A DNA stretch of 64,000 bases from Candidatus Zixiibacteriota bacterium (GCA_043819555.1 JBDREQ010000031.1:31233-95232); one strand, 5' to 3'. Shown: positions 52,476 to 63,641, counted from the stretch's first letter. Numbers and translations are program-made. Notes: a model not told the origin generated them from the letters alone.

Positions 52476-53795
52476 TTAATTAATATCGATCTGACCGGTC
52501 AGCTTTTGTATTTCCAGAAAAGTAATTCGGGCGCTGTACCGGGCCGAGATTAAAGCTATTTGAGCTCGGCTAAAACTTACTTGAGCATCCCGAAACTCAA
52601 GCGAGCTTGAGGACCCCAGTTGATAACGATCATTCTGCAATTCGAGATTTTGCGCGGCGGCTCTTACATTTTGCTCTTCAAGCTCGACCAGTTTCAAATA
52701 ACGCAGAAATGATTCATATTTTTCATTTACCAGTCCGGACAGTTGTATTTCCCGCTCACGCAGGTTCAATGTTTGATTTTTTGCCGTTAATCGCGCCGTC
52801 TGGAGATTAACCCGGTCGCTGCCGCCATTGAATAAATTATATGATAGATTGAGGCCGATATTCCCATCGGTACTATGCGAAGTTATATCCTCACCGACAT
52901 CGCGCGCTGTCGTTCGGTCGGAATATCCGTAAGCGGCCTGCAATGATACTCGAGGCAGGAATTTGGCGCGGGCGAGACCGATGTCTTTATCAGCCACAAT
53001 TTTCCCCTGGCGGGTCAGGCGCAAACCGCTGTTTTTTTCCATGGCCAAATCCAGAAGTTGATCATAAGTCATATTTAAGAGAGGGATATCGATTTCTTTT
53101 ATGACAGAAATTTCCCGCGCCGGATTTTGTCCGAGCAGGACGTTTAAGTTTTTGCGAGCGATTACAGCCAGCATTTCCTGATTTAAGTATATCGCTTCGT
53201 CATTGTTGAATGATACCCGGGCGTTCAATAAATCAGTCGATGACGCGCCTCCGACATCATGTCGCACCTGTTCCTTTTCCAAACGAGTTTGTGATATTTC
53301 CATTGTTTCCCGGGAGACATCGAGGAGCATTTCCTGACGAACCAGATTAAAATAGGCCGCCGAAATAGCGACCACAAGATTTTCAATAATTTCCTGGGAT
53401 TGATAAGTTCCCAGACGGGACAAAGCATTGAATCGAGATTTATTGGAAAACATTCCGAGGCCGTCAAAAAGTGTCCAGTTGAGTGATAATTGCCCCGAGA
53501 TATTTTCTGCGTCAGTATTCCCGAAACTAAACGGGGAATTAGTTTCTACATTACTTTGGCTTAATGAATAACTACCAGCGGCGTCGATTTTGGGTAAAAA
53601 ACCGGCCGTTCCCAAAGATGCGTTTTGCTCCGCGATACGACCCAGATTGCGGGCGATCTGAATATTGTTGTTTTGTTTCAGACCTGTTTTTACAGCATCT
53701 TCCAGAGTCAAATTACTTTGACCATACGAATTAATCGCGCAGAACGCGGGGATGAAGATAGATAATATAAATCGTCTGACATATATGAAGCGCAA
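52476..53795 (-). CDS. TolC family outer-membrane factor
   Basis: Signal peptide, LTLEDAV, FLP..., LFDG/LFNG repeats, AYFNL, RYQLG. Confidence 0.92.
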   Translation of the reverse strand: MRFIYVRRFILSIFIPAFCAINSYGQSNLTLEDAVKTGLKQNNNIQIARNLGRIAEQNASLGTAGFLPKIDAAGSYSLSQSNVETNSPFSFGNTDAENISGQLSLNWTLFDGLGMFSNKSRFNALSRLGTYQSQEIIENLVVAISAAYFNLVRQEMLLDVSRETMEISQTRLEKEQVRHDVGGASSTDLLNARVSFNNDEAIYLNQEMLAVIARKNLNVLLGQNPAREISVIKEIDIPLLNMTYDQLLDLAMEKNSGLRLTRQGKIVADKDIGLARAKFLPRVSLQAAYGYSDRTTARDVGEDITSHSTDGNIGLNLSYNLFNGGSDRVNLQTARLTAKNQTLNLREREIQLSGLVNEKYESFLRYLKLVELEEQNVRAAAQNLELQNDRYQLGSSSSLEFRDAQVSFSRAQIALISARYSARITFLEIQKLTGQIDIN

Positions 53796-53812
53796 AATAA
53801 AACCTCCCGCAA

Positions 53813-56800
53813 TTACTCAATTGGTATAGTTTGCAATTCCTTAACCGCCGGTTCCACCGATTCGCTGGTTACCTGCCGATTCATGAAAAACTTGGCGGCC
53901 CGTACGCGGATATCATTGACCACCAGAAAAGTCGCCGGTAATATCAAAAGCAGAATCAATGTCCCGAACACCAAGCCATAGGCGACTGAAATCGCCATAG
54001 GAATTAAAAATTGAGCCTGTCGGCTTGTTTCCAGTATCAAAGGCGCAAGGCCCAACGCAGTCGTCATCGTTGTTAAAATAATCGGGCGCAAACGGGTCAG
54101 TCCGGCATTATGAATGGCATCGAATACTCTCTCGCCATTTTTTAAATTGCGGTTAATTTGATCGACAAGGACAATGCTGTCATTGATAATAATTCCGGAT
54201 AGAGCAATAACGCCGAATATCGACAACATATTTAGCTGAATACCATGAATTCCATGACCCCAGATTGCTCCAAGAAAGCCAATAGGAATTAATGAGAAAA
54301 TAATCATCGCCTGCAGATATGAACGGAAGACAAGAACCACTAATATTACCATCGCTATAAGCGCAAGCGGAAATGCCCGGCGAATGGATGCCTGACTCTT
54401 GGCCTGGTCGCGCGTCTGACCTTCAAACGAAAAGTTTACGCCCGATACTTGCGCCAACACACGCGGCATAACCTCAAATTCTATTTCATTCAGAATCGGC
54501 GGCAAGTCATCGCCGACATTCGCCTGATTGGCTTCGACTTTAATCTCGCGCATGCGATCAAGATGATTAATACTGGTCACGCCTCGTTCGATATTATAAT
54601 TGGCCAGTTCGGAAAATGGATACTCCTCGCCGGTCCGGGTGCGTATTCGCATATTATCGAGAAATCCCAGGGCCGCCCGTTCTTCCGGCCGATATCTGAC
54701 CCAGACCCGTATTTCATCGCGGCCGCGCTGGATTCTTTGAATCTCCTGTCCGAAAAATCCCTGGCGCACCTGCCCGGCAATATCTCTTAATGTTAATCCC
54801 AGAGCATGAGCCCTCGGTTTGAGGGTGATATTAACTTCCCGCCGTCCCTTATTATCAGAATCCGTGATATCCTTCAAAGTTGTAAAGTCCATGAGTTCAG
54901 CCAGTAATAGCTCTTTGGCAGTCTGTAATTGATCAGGGTCCTTGCTTAGCAGACTCACTGAAACGGCTTTTCCAAAATGGCCTGACTGCCCGAAGGTCAT
55001 ATTGCGAACTTCGGAAATGTTCCCAACTTTATCTCGAATGCGATTGCCGATTATGTAACTTTCCATTTTCCTTTCTTCGCCATCAAGCAATTGGATGGTC
55101 AAACTGCCGGCATGACCGCCCGATTCTCCCAGAGTATTGGATCCAATATCCCTTTTAATGCCCAGTATGACATCTAATGAATCGTCTCGTTCGGTTTTTA
55201 TTTCCTCGTTAACTTCCCAGGCGATCCTTTCGATTCTTTGCAATATGGCGTCGGTATCGGTTTCCTGACGTCCAGAGACCAAAGAAACATTGACCGGAAT
55301 TACATCTGAATCAACGTAAGGGAAAAACGTCGCACCGATATGCCCGCCGAATACCAGACCGATAGTCATTAAAGCCAGCGCGATAGGGGAGGCGATCACC
55401 AGCCATTTATATTTCAGAGTTGTCTTCAGGATCGGAGAATATATATCATGCGTCAGTTTGTGAATGAACTTTTCAATCTTTTTGCGGATGGGAGGGTCCT
55501 CGCTATGAAGCCGCAGTCCTTTTGAATGGGCCAGGTGTGAAGGAAGAATCAGAAGGGCTTCAACCAGCGAAAACATCAGCGACGCCCCGACGACAAGCGC
55601 CATCTGCCAGATAAATTTGCCCATAATACCGTCTAGAAAATAAAACGGCATAAAAGCCATAATGGTTGTCAGGACGGAGGTTACCACCGGAGCCATTACA
55701 TCTTTGGTGCCATTAATGGCTGCCGAATAGGCGCTTTCTCCTCTTTCAAAACGAGCGTAGATTCTCTCGCCGACGACAATGGCATCATCAACGAGGATAC
55801 CGACGACGATAATCATGCCAAACAGCGAGATGACATTGATTGTGATACCAACGGCGTTAGCGATGATAAACATCCCCGCAAAGGAGAAAGGGATGCTTAT
55901 CGCGACCCAGAAAGATAATCGTAAATTCAGGAAAAACCCAAGAGCGATAATAACCAGAACCAAACCGATGATTCCGTTTTTAACCAGAAGCTCAACGCGC
56001 TGGCGCAGAGGAATCGTCTGGTCGTCGAGAATTTTAGCCTCAACAGTATCATGCTCAAGATTGAATTTCGCGATTTCATCTTTGGTTGCATCAGCAATTT
56101 TAATGATATCTTCCTGCTGGGTGCGGTCAATGTTTATGATAACGGCGTTGCGCCCATTATAGAAGCTCTTATCCGGGACGTCTTCCCATTGTTCTTTGAC
56201 TTCGGCCACATCGCGCAGGTAAATGCTGGTTCCATTCGAATTGCCGCGGATGGGGATTTTCAATAACTCGGCCGTGAAGTAACCCTGACCCCAGGCGCGG
56301 ATAAGAATCTCTTCGTCGGTAGTTTCGAATTTTCCTCCGGAAATATTTACATTCGCCTGTCTGATAGCATTGGATATCTCATCAAATGTAAGTTGGTAAC
56401 GGCGCAAATCGGATTCGGATACTTCTATGGAAAATTCCAGATCGGGCAGCCCCTGCATGGATACCTGGGATATTTCAGGGCGGGCCAATAATGCATCTCG
56501 AAACTCCTCAGCGATAAATTTTAAATTATATAAGTCGGCCTCACCGTACAAGACAACCGACAGAGATCGCATGCGGAATTCCTGCTGGAAAATTACCGGT
56601 TTTTCGCTATTTTCAGGAAACGAGCTAATCCGGTCAACCGCGTTTTTTACATCATTCAGAACTTTGTCAATATTGGCTCCCTTGATTATCTCAATCGTAA
56701 CCTGCCCGATATTCTCACGGGAAACCGAAGTTATCCGATCAACACCCTCAAGACCATCAAGCTGTTCCTCAATTTTTAAGACTACCCCCTCAGCGACTTC

Positions 56801-56974
56801 ATCCGGCGAAGCACCCGGGTATGGGACCATGACATTGATTATATCGGGCGTCGTTTCCGGGAAAAACGAAAAGGTCATCTGCGACAATGAAATTAGGCCA
56901 AATACGATAATGCCTAATTTTAAAACCGTCACCCAGACGGGAAAACGAATCATATAGGCGATTAATTTGTTCAT
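53813..56974 (-). CDS. RND efflux permease (AcrB/CzcA superfamily)
   Basis: YPGASP, GILVDDAIVV, RLRPIILT, PMAISVAYG. Confidence 0.95.
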   Translation of the reverse strand: MNKLIAYMIRFPVWVTVLKLGIIVFGLISLSQMTFSFFPETTPDIINVMVPYPGASPDEVAEGVVLKIEEQLDGLEGVDRITSVSRENIGQVTIEIIKGANIDKVLNDVKNAVDRISSFPENSEKPVIFQQEFRMRSLSVVLYGEADLYNLKFIAEEFRDALLARPEISQVSMQGLPDLEFSIEVSESDLRRYQLTFDEISNAIRQANVNISGGKFETTDEEILIRAWGQGYFTAELLKIPIRGNSNGTSIYLRDVAEVKEQWEDVPDKSFYNGRNAVIINIDRTQQEDIIKIADATKDEIAKFNLEHDTVEAKILDDQTIPLRQRVELLVKNGIIGLVLVIIALGFFLNLRLSFWVAISIPFSFAGMFIIANAVGITINVISLFGMIIVVGILVDDAIVVGERIYARFERGESAYSAAINGTKDVMAPVVTSVLTTIMAFMPFYFLDGIMGKFIWQMALVVGASLMFSLVEALLILPSHLAHSKGLRLHSEDPPIRKKIEKFIHKLTHDIYSPILKTTLKYKWLVIASPIALALMTIGLVFGGHIGATFFPYVDSDVIPVNVSLVSGRQETDTDAILQRIERIAWEVNEEIKTERDDSLDVILGIKRDIGSNTLGESGGHAGSLTIQLLDGEERKMESYIIGNRIRDKVGNISEVRNMTFGQSGHFGKAVSVSLLSKDPDQLQTAKELLLAELMDFTTLKDITDSDNKGRREVNITLKPRAHALGLTLRDIAGQVRQGFFGQEIQRIQRGRDEIRVWVRYRPEERAALGFLDNMRIRTRTGEEYPFSELANYNIERGVTSINHLDRMREIKVEANQANVGDDLPPILNEIEFEVMPRVLAQVSGVNFSFEGQTRDQAKSQASIRRAFPLALIAMVILVVLVFRSYLQAMIIFSLIPIGFLGAIWGHGIHGIQLNMLSIFGVIALSGIIINDSIVLVDQINRNLKNGERVFDAIHNAGLTRLRPIILTTMTTALGLAPLILETSRQAQFLIPMAISVAYGLVFGTLILLLILPATFLVVNDIRVRAAKFFMNRQVTSESVEPAVKELQTIPIE

Positions 56975-58119
56975 AACTGCCCCGAGAGATCGTTAGAAAT
57001 TAACCTCGCTTTGGCCGGCATTCCTGACGCCACGCCCTGCAAGACCTCGACCACCAGTGTATCCCCTGTGGACAATCCATGATTGACAATAACGTTGTCA
57101 GATTCCTTGCGAATTATAGTAATCTGGCGCAAATCCAATTTACCTGAATTGACGAGATAGACATATTTCTCATTGTATAAGGCTTTGCGAGGCACCAAAA
57201 CAGCGTTTTCAAACGTAATTCCCTGAATATCGGCCCGCAGGAAAGCCCCGTCTAATATAGCCGCATTGTTTCCATTGTTTATCGAAATATAAACTGGCAC
57301 GGTTTGAGTCCGTGAATCAATTGCGCTTCCGATCCTCAGTATTTTGCCCAACCATTCACCTTGCACCTCGGACGAAGTGAATCTAACGGTTGCGTTTTTA
57401 TCCATCTGCGCCAGATCATTGACGCCAACGGTTACTTCAACTTCAAGATGTTCCAGATTAATAATGTCGCCCAATAATGAACCTGCCCGAACAGTGGAAC
57501 CGATTCGCAAATCGGCTCGAATAATCGAACCGTCAAACGGGGCCTGAATATAATGTTTTTCCAGCCTTATCTCTAAATCCCGAACGGCAAAATACAGTTT
57601 ATAGACATTGAATCGGGATAGAAACATCCTTATTTTCGGATTTATAGTTTCCGGTAAATCCTCAAGAAGCTTGTCAAACTCGCAGGAATTGAAATAATCC
57701 TGCCAGACTTTGAATTCGCCGGGGAAATCAACTTTGATTTCAGGCAGTAACGAAGCTAATGCATTCAGCAAATCACTTTTGGCGCTATTCAGGTTCATAA
57801 GGGCCTGACGGTCATCGATTTTTAATAAAAGATCGCCTTGTTTGAAAGATTGAGCCGGCTGGAAAGGTATTTGGCCCTCCATAATAGTCCCCGTAGTTTC
57901 ACTAAAAAGCTGTACCGGCTGTGAACTGGAAACCCGTCCAAAGGCGGTAATCGTGGCCGGAACGGTTCCGGTTTCAACAACTATCGATTCGACTATTTTT
58001 ACTTTTGGAGATGAAGTTCTTTTTGGCGTGTCTTCTTTCAAACTTATCAAGGCAACCAGGGATATTATGCCCGCTGCCATGATTATTATAAAAGTCAATA
58101 TTTTCCCACGGGTATTCAT
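56971..58119 (-). CDS. RND periplasmic adaptor (MFP)
   Basis: N-terminal TM, GDLLLKIDD, IQAPFDG, ID..TQT, GL..GD. Confidence 0.92.
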   Translation of the reverse strand: MNTRGKILTFIIIMAAGIISLVALISLKEDTPKRTSSPKVKIVESIVVETGTVPATITAFGRVSSSQPVQLFSETTGTIMEGQIPFQPAQSFKQGDLLLKIDDRQALMNLNSAKSDLLNALASLLPEIKVDFPGEFKVWQDYFNSCEFDKLLEDLPETINPKIRMFLSRFNVYKLYFAVRDLEIRLEKHYIQAPFDGSIIRADLRIGSTVRAGSLLGDIINLEHLEVEVTVGVNDLAQMDKNATVRFTSSEVQGEWLGKILRIGSAIDSRTQTVPVYISINNGNNAAILDGAFLRADIQGITFENAVLVPRKALYNEKYVYLVNSGKLDLRQITIIRKESDNVIVNHGLSTGDTLVVEVLQGVASGMPAKARLISNDLSGQL

Positions 58120-58221
58120 TTATATGCCCCTTCCTTTAATCATTTGTTGTACTCGCAAGTTCATTAACCAATATTTGTTGCCAAGGTTCAAATCTTTGTC
58201 AATTCATGTCCTGACCAAATA

Positions 58222-58239
58222 TAGTTGCAGATACAACTA
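58222..58239. promoter_or_regulatory. Candidate MarR operator at the marR stop codon
   Basis: TAGTTG-CAGATA-CAACTA, same dyad as 58708-58736. Confidence 0.6.
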
Positions 58240-58689
58240 ATTCTCCAATTTCGCGAGATTATTCATAATAATCTCAAGAACCTCTTTGCAGGCCATAAGC
58301 CGGTTTTTGCTGATTCCTTTCAGGGCTTCTTCATGCATTTGATCAACAACCTTCATTAATTTGGGGCAGAGAGATTTCCCTTCATGGGTCAAATAAATCA
58401 TATTCTGCCGGCGATCGGTCTTATCCGGCACGCGCACTGCCAGGTTGCGTTTTTCCAGACCGTCAATCATTCGCACTGTACTGGTTTTGTTGTTGTCGAG
58501 GATTTCTGAAATTTGCCGTTGGTTCATTCCCTCCCGATCCCAGAGATTGCAAATTACGATCAACTGCTCGGCGGTAACGTCATAGCCCCGCTCAGATAAT
58601 ATTTTTTGAAGACGATTGCGCAGGCTTTTGCGGGTCATGCCGATCATGCGGCCGAGGGCGTGATGAAATCTGTCTTTGGCATCAAGCAT
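58237..58689 (-). CDS. MarR family regulator
   Basis: VTAEQ, Q..I, RMIDGLEKR, DRRQ..IYLT.EG. Confidence 0.92.
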   Translation of the reverse strand: MLDAKDRFHHALGRMIGMTRKSLRNRLQKILSERGYDVTAEQLIVICNLWDREGMNQRQISEILDNNKTSTVRMIDGLEKRNLAVRVPDKTDRRQNMIYLTHEGKSLCPKLMKVVDQMHEEALKGISKNRLMACKEVLEIIMNNLAKLEN

Positions 58690-58707
58690 AGAATAAATCC
58701 AATATTA

Positions 58708-58736
58708 GTTGCATATGCAACAGTTGCATATATAAC
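58708..58736. promoter_or_regulatory. Tandem MarR operator candidates
   Basis: GTTGCATATGCAAC (perfect palindrome, 58708-58721) and GTTGCATATATAAC (58723-58736). Confidence 0.7.
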
Positions 58737-58869
58737 AAATATATTACGAAAGGCAAGCAATTTTTGAGAAGTTTGTTTGAAATTTATTTTATGATTACCT
58801 TATATTCTCCCTTTACAATAGCCCTGATTGTTGTATTTTTTGGTATAAGCAGATATGAGATATGATTCT

Positions 58870-60048
58870 ATGGAAAAAACACTATTCACCATATGCGCTG
58901 TTTTATGCATGACGTTACCCGGTTTTGCGGTTGAGCCGCAATCTTTGGATGAAGCTAAGACTCTGTCCAATCAAACCGGCAAGCCGCTTCTTCTTGAATT
59001 TTATCGAGACGACTGAGAATACTGCGAACTGGCCGCTCGTGAAGCGGAAAGTGAAGCGGCGATGATAAATGCCCTGGGGCATGTCGTCCATTATTCAATG
59101 TGCGTTCAGTATGGCGAGGGTCTCGAATTATCGCCCCGATATCATGTTGGCAGTACTTACCCGGTTTTTATTTTGGCTAACAGCCGCGGCGAACCGATCC
59201 AGCGCTGGAGCGGTTTTTCCACAGCTCAACAATTCGTCTCGCAACTGCAATCATCAATGTCGGACCTGACATCAATTGACGAACAAGTAAAACGTTTTAA
59301 CGATAAGCCCACATTTCGAGATGCTATAACGCTTGCCAAATATCATGCCGATACCAAACAGTTTTTGAAGGCGATTGAATACTATGAAAAAGCTCAAACT
59401 CTTATAACCGGAAGAAAGCTCGATTATTCTTATCAGATTTTTACCAATACCGCCAATGCCGTCTGGTCTGATTCTCTGCCGTTTGATAAATTACTGGCGA
59501 CCGCTGGCAGCGTTTTTCAAAATCGCAAAAACGTCAATAACATTATCCAGACCATCAAAATCCTGGGACGGGCGGCACGCAAAAAAGACAGAACCGACGC
59601 ACTGGGCAGCTATTTAAGATTCGGACTTGAGATAACAGCTAACGCCAAAGACGATAATTCCAAAGGCGCCCATTCCGAATTTGCAATAGATACGATTTTA
59701 TATGTGACCCGAGACACAGCGACAGCAATCAGAGCCAAAGAATTCAGTATGGGGCTGGGATGGCAAAATGACCCCAAACAGTTTTACCGCTATGCCGCAT
59801 GGTGTCTCGAACGGCAAATAAACCTTGCCAAGGCCGAAACGTATGCCCGCACTGCCGCCGACTGGGCCGAGCCCGGAGCTTATAAGGCAATGGCTCTTCA
59901 TCAATTAGCCAGTATTCTCGATATGCGAATGAAATACGACCAAGCTGTCAGGATAATGGAACTGGCTGTCGAAGAGGACCCGTCTCATGCGTATTATGCC
60001 AAAGAACTTCAGCGAATGAAAGACAATCTCGAAAACAGCCTGAAATAG
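58870..60048 (+). CDS. Exported thioredoxin-fold/TPR protein, probable selenoprotein (UEYC; TGA at 59014-59016)
   Basis: ATG 58870 is in frame with track ORF 59062: MEKTLFTICAVLCMTLPGFA-VEPQSLDEAKTLSNQTGKPLLLEFYRDD*EYCEL...; later TYP cis-Pro motif and TPR-like helices. Confidence 0.85.
59022..59059 (+). promoter_or_regulatory. Bacterial SECIS-like hairpin
   Basis: CCGCT-CGTGA-AGCGG apical stem-loop (59033-59047), loop starts 21 nt after UGA with GU at loop positions 2-3; ACT/AGT and CTGC/GCGG lower stems. Confidence 0.7.
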
Positions 60049-60157
60049 AAATTCATTTTCCATTTTCCCCCGCGACTTTTCCATGAAATGCATTAAATAA
60101 TTGAACCTTTTTATGGACTATATCGTCAATAAAAGTAAACCAAAACGTTCGGAGCAA

Positions 60158-62611
60158 ATGAGTATGCGTTTTTTGAAGATGTATTATGGATTTTTGGGAT
60201 TAATTTTTATTTTATCTGCAAGCTCAGTGGTAATGGCTGATGACGAGTATAAGCCTGTTTTCCATCCCCAAATCCATATTTCCCGCGCGCCGGGAGAAAT
60301 AAAAATTGATGGTGCGATAAACGATCCCGGATGGAAGAATGCCGCCATAGCCGACCATTTTGTTGAGAATGAACCCGGCGACCAGATAAAACCTCCGGTT
60401 GATACCAAAGTGCTTGTTACTTACGATGATAATAATCTGTATCTGGCTTTTATATGCTATGATAATCCCGAAGATGTCCGGGCTTCATTTTGTGAACGGG
60501 ACCGGATATTTAACGACGACAATATCGGATTCTTTTTCGATACATATGGCGAAGCAGCCTGGTCGTATATGTTTAATGTCAATCCCTACGGCTTTCAATA
60601 TGACGCCATCGGGGTCAATGATTATGGCGAGGACGATGGGTTTGATTTGGTCTGGCGATCGGAGGGCCAGATCACCGATTCGGGGTGGCAGGTGGAAGTG
60701 GCTATGCCGTTTTCGGGACTTCGCTTCCCCAACCGGGAGGAACAGGTCTGGCGGATCGAATTCTGGAGGCATTATAGTCGAGATATGCACCATAGCATTT
60801 CCTGGTCTGCTTACGACCGCAATGAATCGTGTTGGCGCTGCAACTGGGGAACGATGACCGGTCTGAAAGATATTAAGCCGGGGAAGGGTGTGGAAGTTTT
60901 GGCTTCGGCTATTGGTTTTCAATCGGGCTCACTAAATCAGGTCGGAATTTCATCCGATGGTGTTCTCGATACGCTTTGCTTTCACAATGAGAAGCTGGAT
61001 GGAGATGGATCATTGGGAATAAAATATTCCCCATCTTCCAATTTTACTCTGGAAGCGACACTCAATCCCGATTTCAGCCAGGTTGAAGCCGATGCCGGCC
61101 AGATTGATGTTAATTCGACAACGGCGCTGCAATTTCCTGAAAGAAGGCCATTTTTTCAAGAAGGAATAGATATCTTTCGCACTCAATTCAATGCCGTTTA
61201 TACTCGAATGATAAACGATCCTTTTTTCGCGGTTAAATCAACGGCTCGGATGGGGCGAACCAGTATCGGTTACATGGGCGCTTTTGATGAAAGTTCTCCG
61301 GTAATAATTCCTTTTGAAGAAGGCAGTTCGCCGACCTTTAATGCAGACACTACTTTTACCAATATTGTTCGTGTTCGCCAGACTTTTGGTGCCAACTCTC
61401 AGGTTGGTTTACTGGCGACCGACCGCCGATTCAAAGGCGGAGGCTCGAGTACAATTATGGGCATTGATGGGAGTTTGAGGCTCAGCAGTAATTTTACAGT
61501 TAACGGACAGATTCTTACCACGCGGACTATTGAACCGGATGATACGACAATTACATTATTAGGTTCTGATCCCCAAATGCATATAGAAACGGCAACTAAT
61601 GATACTACTTATTATAATGCCTACGATACACTTTTATTTGATGATATACATAATGCCACATTCAATGGCGAGTCCTTCTCGGGGCATGGCTTTCGAGGCG
61701 CTTTAAATTACGGTGATCGGAACCTGTTTGCCGGAGCAAGTTACAGAGAGTATAGTCCCACCTTCCGGCTTGATAACGGATATGAACCGCGCAATAACCG
61801 ACGCGAAATCGATTTCAATACTAACTACATATTGCGTTATGACGAGGGATTGATAGAGTCAATTTCTCCAAGTATGAATCTGGCTCGCGTGTGGAACTTT
61901 GATGGAAAAAAGAAGGACGAGTGGATTAATGCCGGTATTAATTTTAACTTCCGAAAAGCCCAATCTCATTATAATATGATGTATATGCGGAGCACTGAAA
62001 CCTATGGCGGTGTGTACTTTGGAGATATCTGGGACTGGAATTTTCATAGCTGCGCCACGCCAAGCAAATATATTTCCCTTGGTACGACAGTGACTTATGG
62101 CAATCGGGTAGCGCGCGGACCCAAAATTATGGGCAGGCAGTTGGGATGGGCTGGGGTAGTTGATATCCGGCCGGATGACCGATTGCAGATATCGTTTAGT
62201 TATAATTATATCCAGAGCCGGGCATCGGAAGATAAATACAAATTGGATGATTTGGGAGATTCCGTTTTGGTAATTGCCACCGATTATATGCTCTTCAAGG
62301 GCCATATTTTCCGCACGCGTTTGAATTATCAACACAACAAGGAATTATCGGTTCGGCTCGTCGTTCAATATGATTATTTCGGTGATTCCTGGGATATAGA
62401 TCCGTTAATTACCTATCGGTTGACACCGTTTTCAATGTTTTACATCGGGACCACGTATGATTACCAAAATCTTTATAACCATAGTGGCCAGAATCTTGGA
62501 CGACAGTTTGATGACCCGGTTGTTTACAATGAATCCGGTACATCTTACAATTCAACGAAATTGACATCGCGGCAGATTTTCATGAAATTGCAATATTTGT
62601 TCCAGATATAG
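60158..62611 (+). CDS. CBM9-like/DUF5916 domain outer-membrane protein
   Basis: Signal peptide, IDG..D..W..A, YDDNNLY, NP.G.Q.D, W.VE..MPFS.LRF, TLNPDFSQVEAD, FPERRPFFQEG, C-terminal KLQYLF. Confidence 0.85.
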   Translation: MSMRFLKMYYGFLGLIFILSASSVVMADDEYKPVFHPQIHISRAPGEIKIDGAINDPGWKNAAIADHFVENEPGDQIKPPVDTKVLVTYDDNNLYLAFICYDNPEDVRASFCERDRIFNDDNIGFFFDTYGEAAWSYMFNVNPYGFQYDAIGVNDYGEDDGFDLVWRSEGQITDSGWQVEVAMPFSGLRFPNREEQVWRIEFWRHYSRDMHHSISWSAYDRNESCWRCNWGTMTGLKDIKPGKGVEVLASAIGFQSGSLNQVGISSDGVLDTLCFHNEKLDGDGSLGIKYSPSSNFTLEATLNPDFSQVEADAGQIDVNSTTALQFPERRPFFQEGIDIFRTQFNAVYTRMINDPFFAVKSTARMGRTSIGYMGAFDESSPVIIPFEEGSSPTFNADTTFTNIVRVRQTFGANSQVGLLATDRRFKGGGSSTIMGIDGSLRLSSNFTVNGQILTTRTIEPDDTTITLLGSDPQMHIETATNDTTYYNAYDTLLFDDIHNATFNGESFSGHGFRGALNYGDRNLFAGASYREYSPTFRLDNGYEPRNNRREIDFNTNYILRYDEGLIESISPSMNLARVWNFDGKKKDEWINAGINFNFRKAQSHYNMMYMRSTETYGGVYFGDIWDWNFHSCATPSKYISLGTTVTYGNRVARGPKIMGRQLGWAGVVDIRPDDRLQISFSYNYIQSRASEDKYKLDDLGDSVLVIATDYMLFKGHIFRTRLNYQHNKELSVRLVVQYDYFGDSWDIDPLITYRLTPFSMFYIGTTYDYQNLYNHSGQNLGRQFDDPVVYNESGTSYNSTKLTSRQIFMKLQYLFQI

Positions 62612-62651
62612 AAAATTATCTACACCGGCAGTATCATGAGCCATATATAAG

Positions 62652-62684
62652 AAAAGCCGTCTTTGATATAGAGGCGGTTTTTTA
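62652..62684. terminator. Bidirectional terminator between convergent genes
   Basis: AAAAGCCGTCT...AGAGGCGGTTTTTT. Confidence 0.7.
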
Positions 62685-63641
62685 TTCATATCGTAAAGCA
62701 ATGATAGGATCGACCCGCGAAGCCCGCCAGGCCGGATACACACCGGCTGTCATTCCGGTTCCGATTGAGACGGCCAGACCCGCAAATGTCCATATAAACG
62801 ATAAGTGATAATGCCAATCAAGCGATGCTGTAATTACCAATCCCACTAAAGCCCCGAAAAATATGCCGATAAGTCCCCCGACTCCGGTTAAAGTTCCGGC
62901 TTCGACGAGAAACTGAAACAGAATATTTTTTCGCCTCGCTCCGAGGGCTTTGCGGATGCCGATTTCGCGAGTTCTTTGAGTCACCGATATTAGCATTATA
63001 TTCAGTACCCCGATAACGCCGACTAATAGGCCAACGCAGGCGACTGCCACGGCAACCATGTGAACCGTTCCGACAATATCATTTATCATGTTTTTAAATC
63101 GTTCCTGAGTTTGGAAACCGAAATTATTTGGGTCTTCCGGCCGCAATTTGCGAACTCTTCGAAGAGCGTTTACAATCTGATCCATCGCCTCGCCAAACAT
63201 ATCTCTGGAGATAGCGCTGGCCAGTAAATAGACCTGATTTGTGTTCGGATAATATTGGTCAAAAGTAGTCATTGGGATGTAAATGAAGTCATTTTCACTG
63301 ATGCCGAAGAAATCGTCAATTTCTTCCTGGACGCCGATAACATTAAAAGCATAACCGTTAACTTTGATTTCCTTCCCAATAGCGTCTTCACGATGATCAA
63401 AAAGAGCGTCGGCAACGGCGGGACCGATAACGCATACCTTTGATGCCCGTCGCATATCATTATCGTCGATGAACCGGCCATTCGACACGTCGCGATTAGT
63501 AACAATGGCTTGTTCCGGCCAGCAACCCCGAAAATCATCAGGCGACCTGATTTCGCGGTCCATATATTTGGCGACATTGCGATAGGCTTTTTTTTCAGGC
63601 GAGACGGCTTTAATTAAGGGGCACATATCCCTGATTGCCAG
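62682..63641 (-). pseudogene. 3' part of a MacB/FtsX-type ABC permease, interrupted by an integrated element
   Basis: LAIRDMCPLIKAVSP, GRFI, VCVIG, VGVIGVLNIMLISVTQRTREIGIRKALGA, QFLVEA, PA.RAS..DPI.ALRYE; lacks the N-terminal TM1 region. Confidence 0.88.

Noticed and set aside
59014..59016. Genome-wide TGA recoding (code 4/25)
   Set aside because: Other genes end normally in TGA (e.g. 16414, 40619, 49867), and the position corresponds to Cys, not Trp or Gly.
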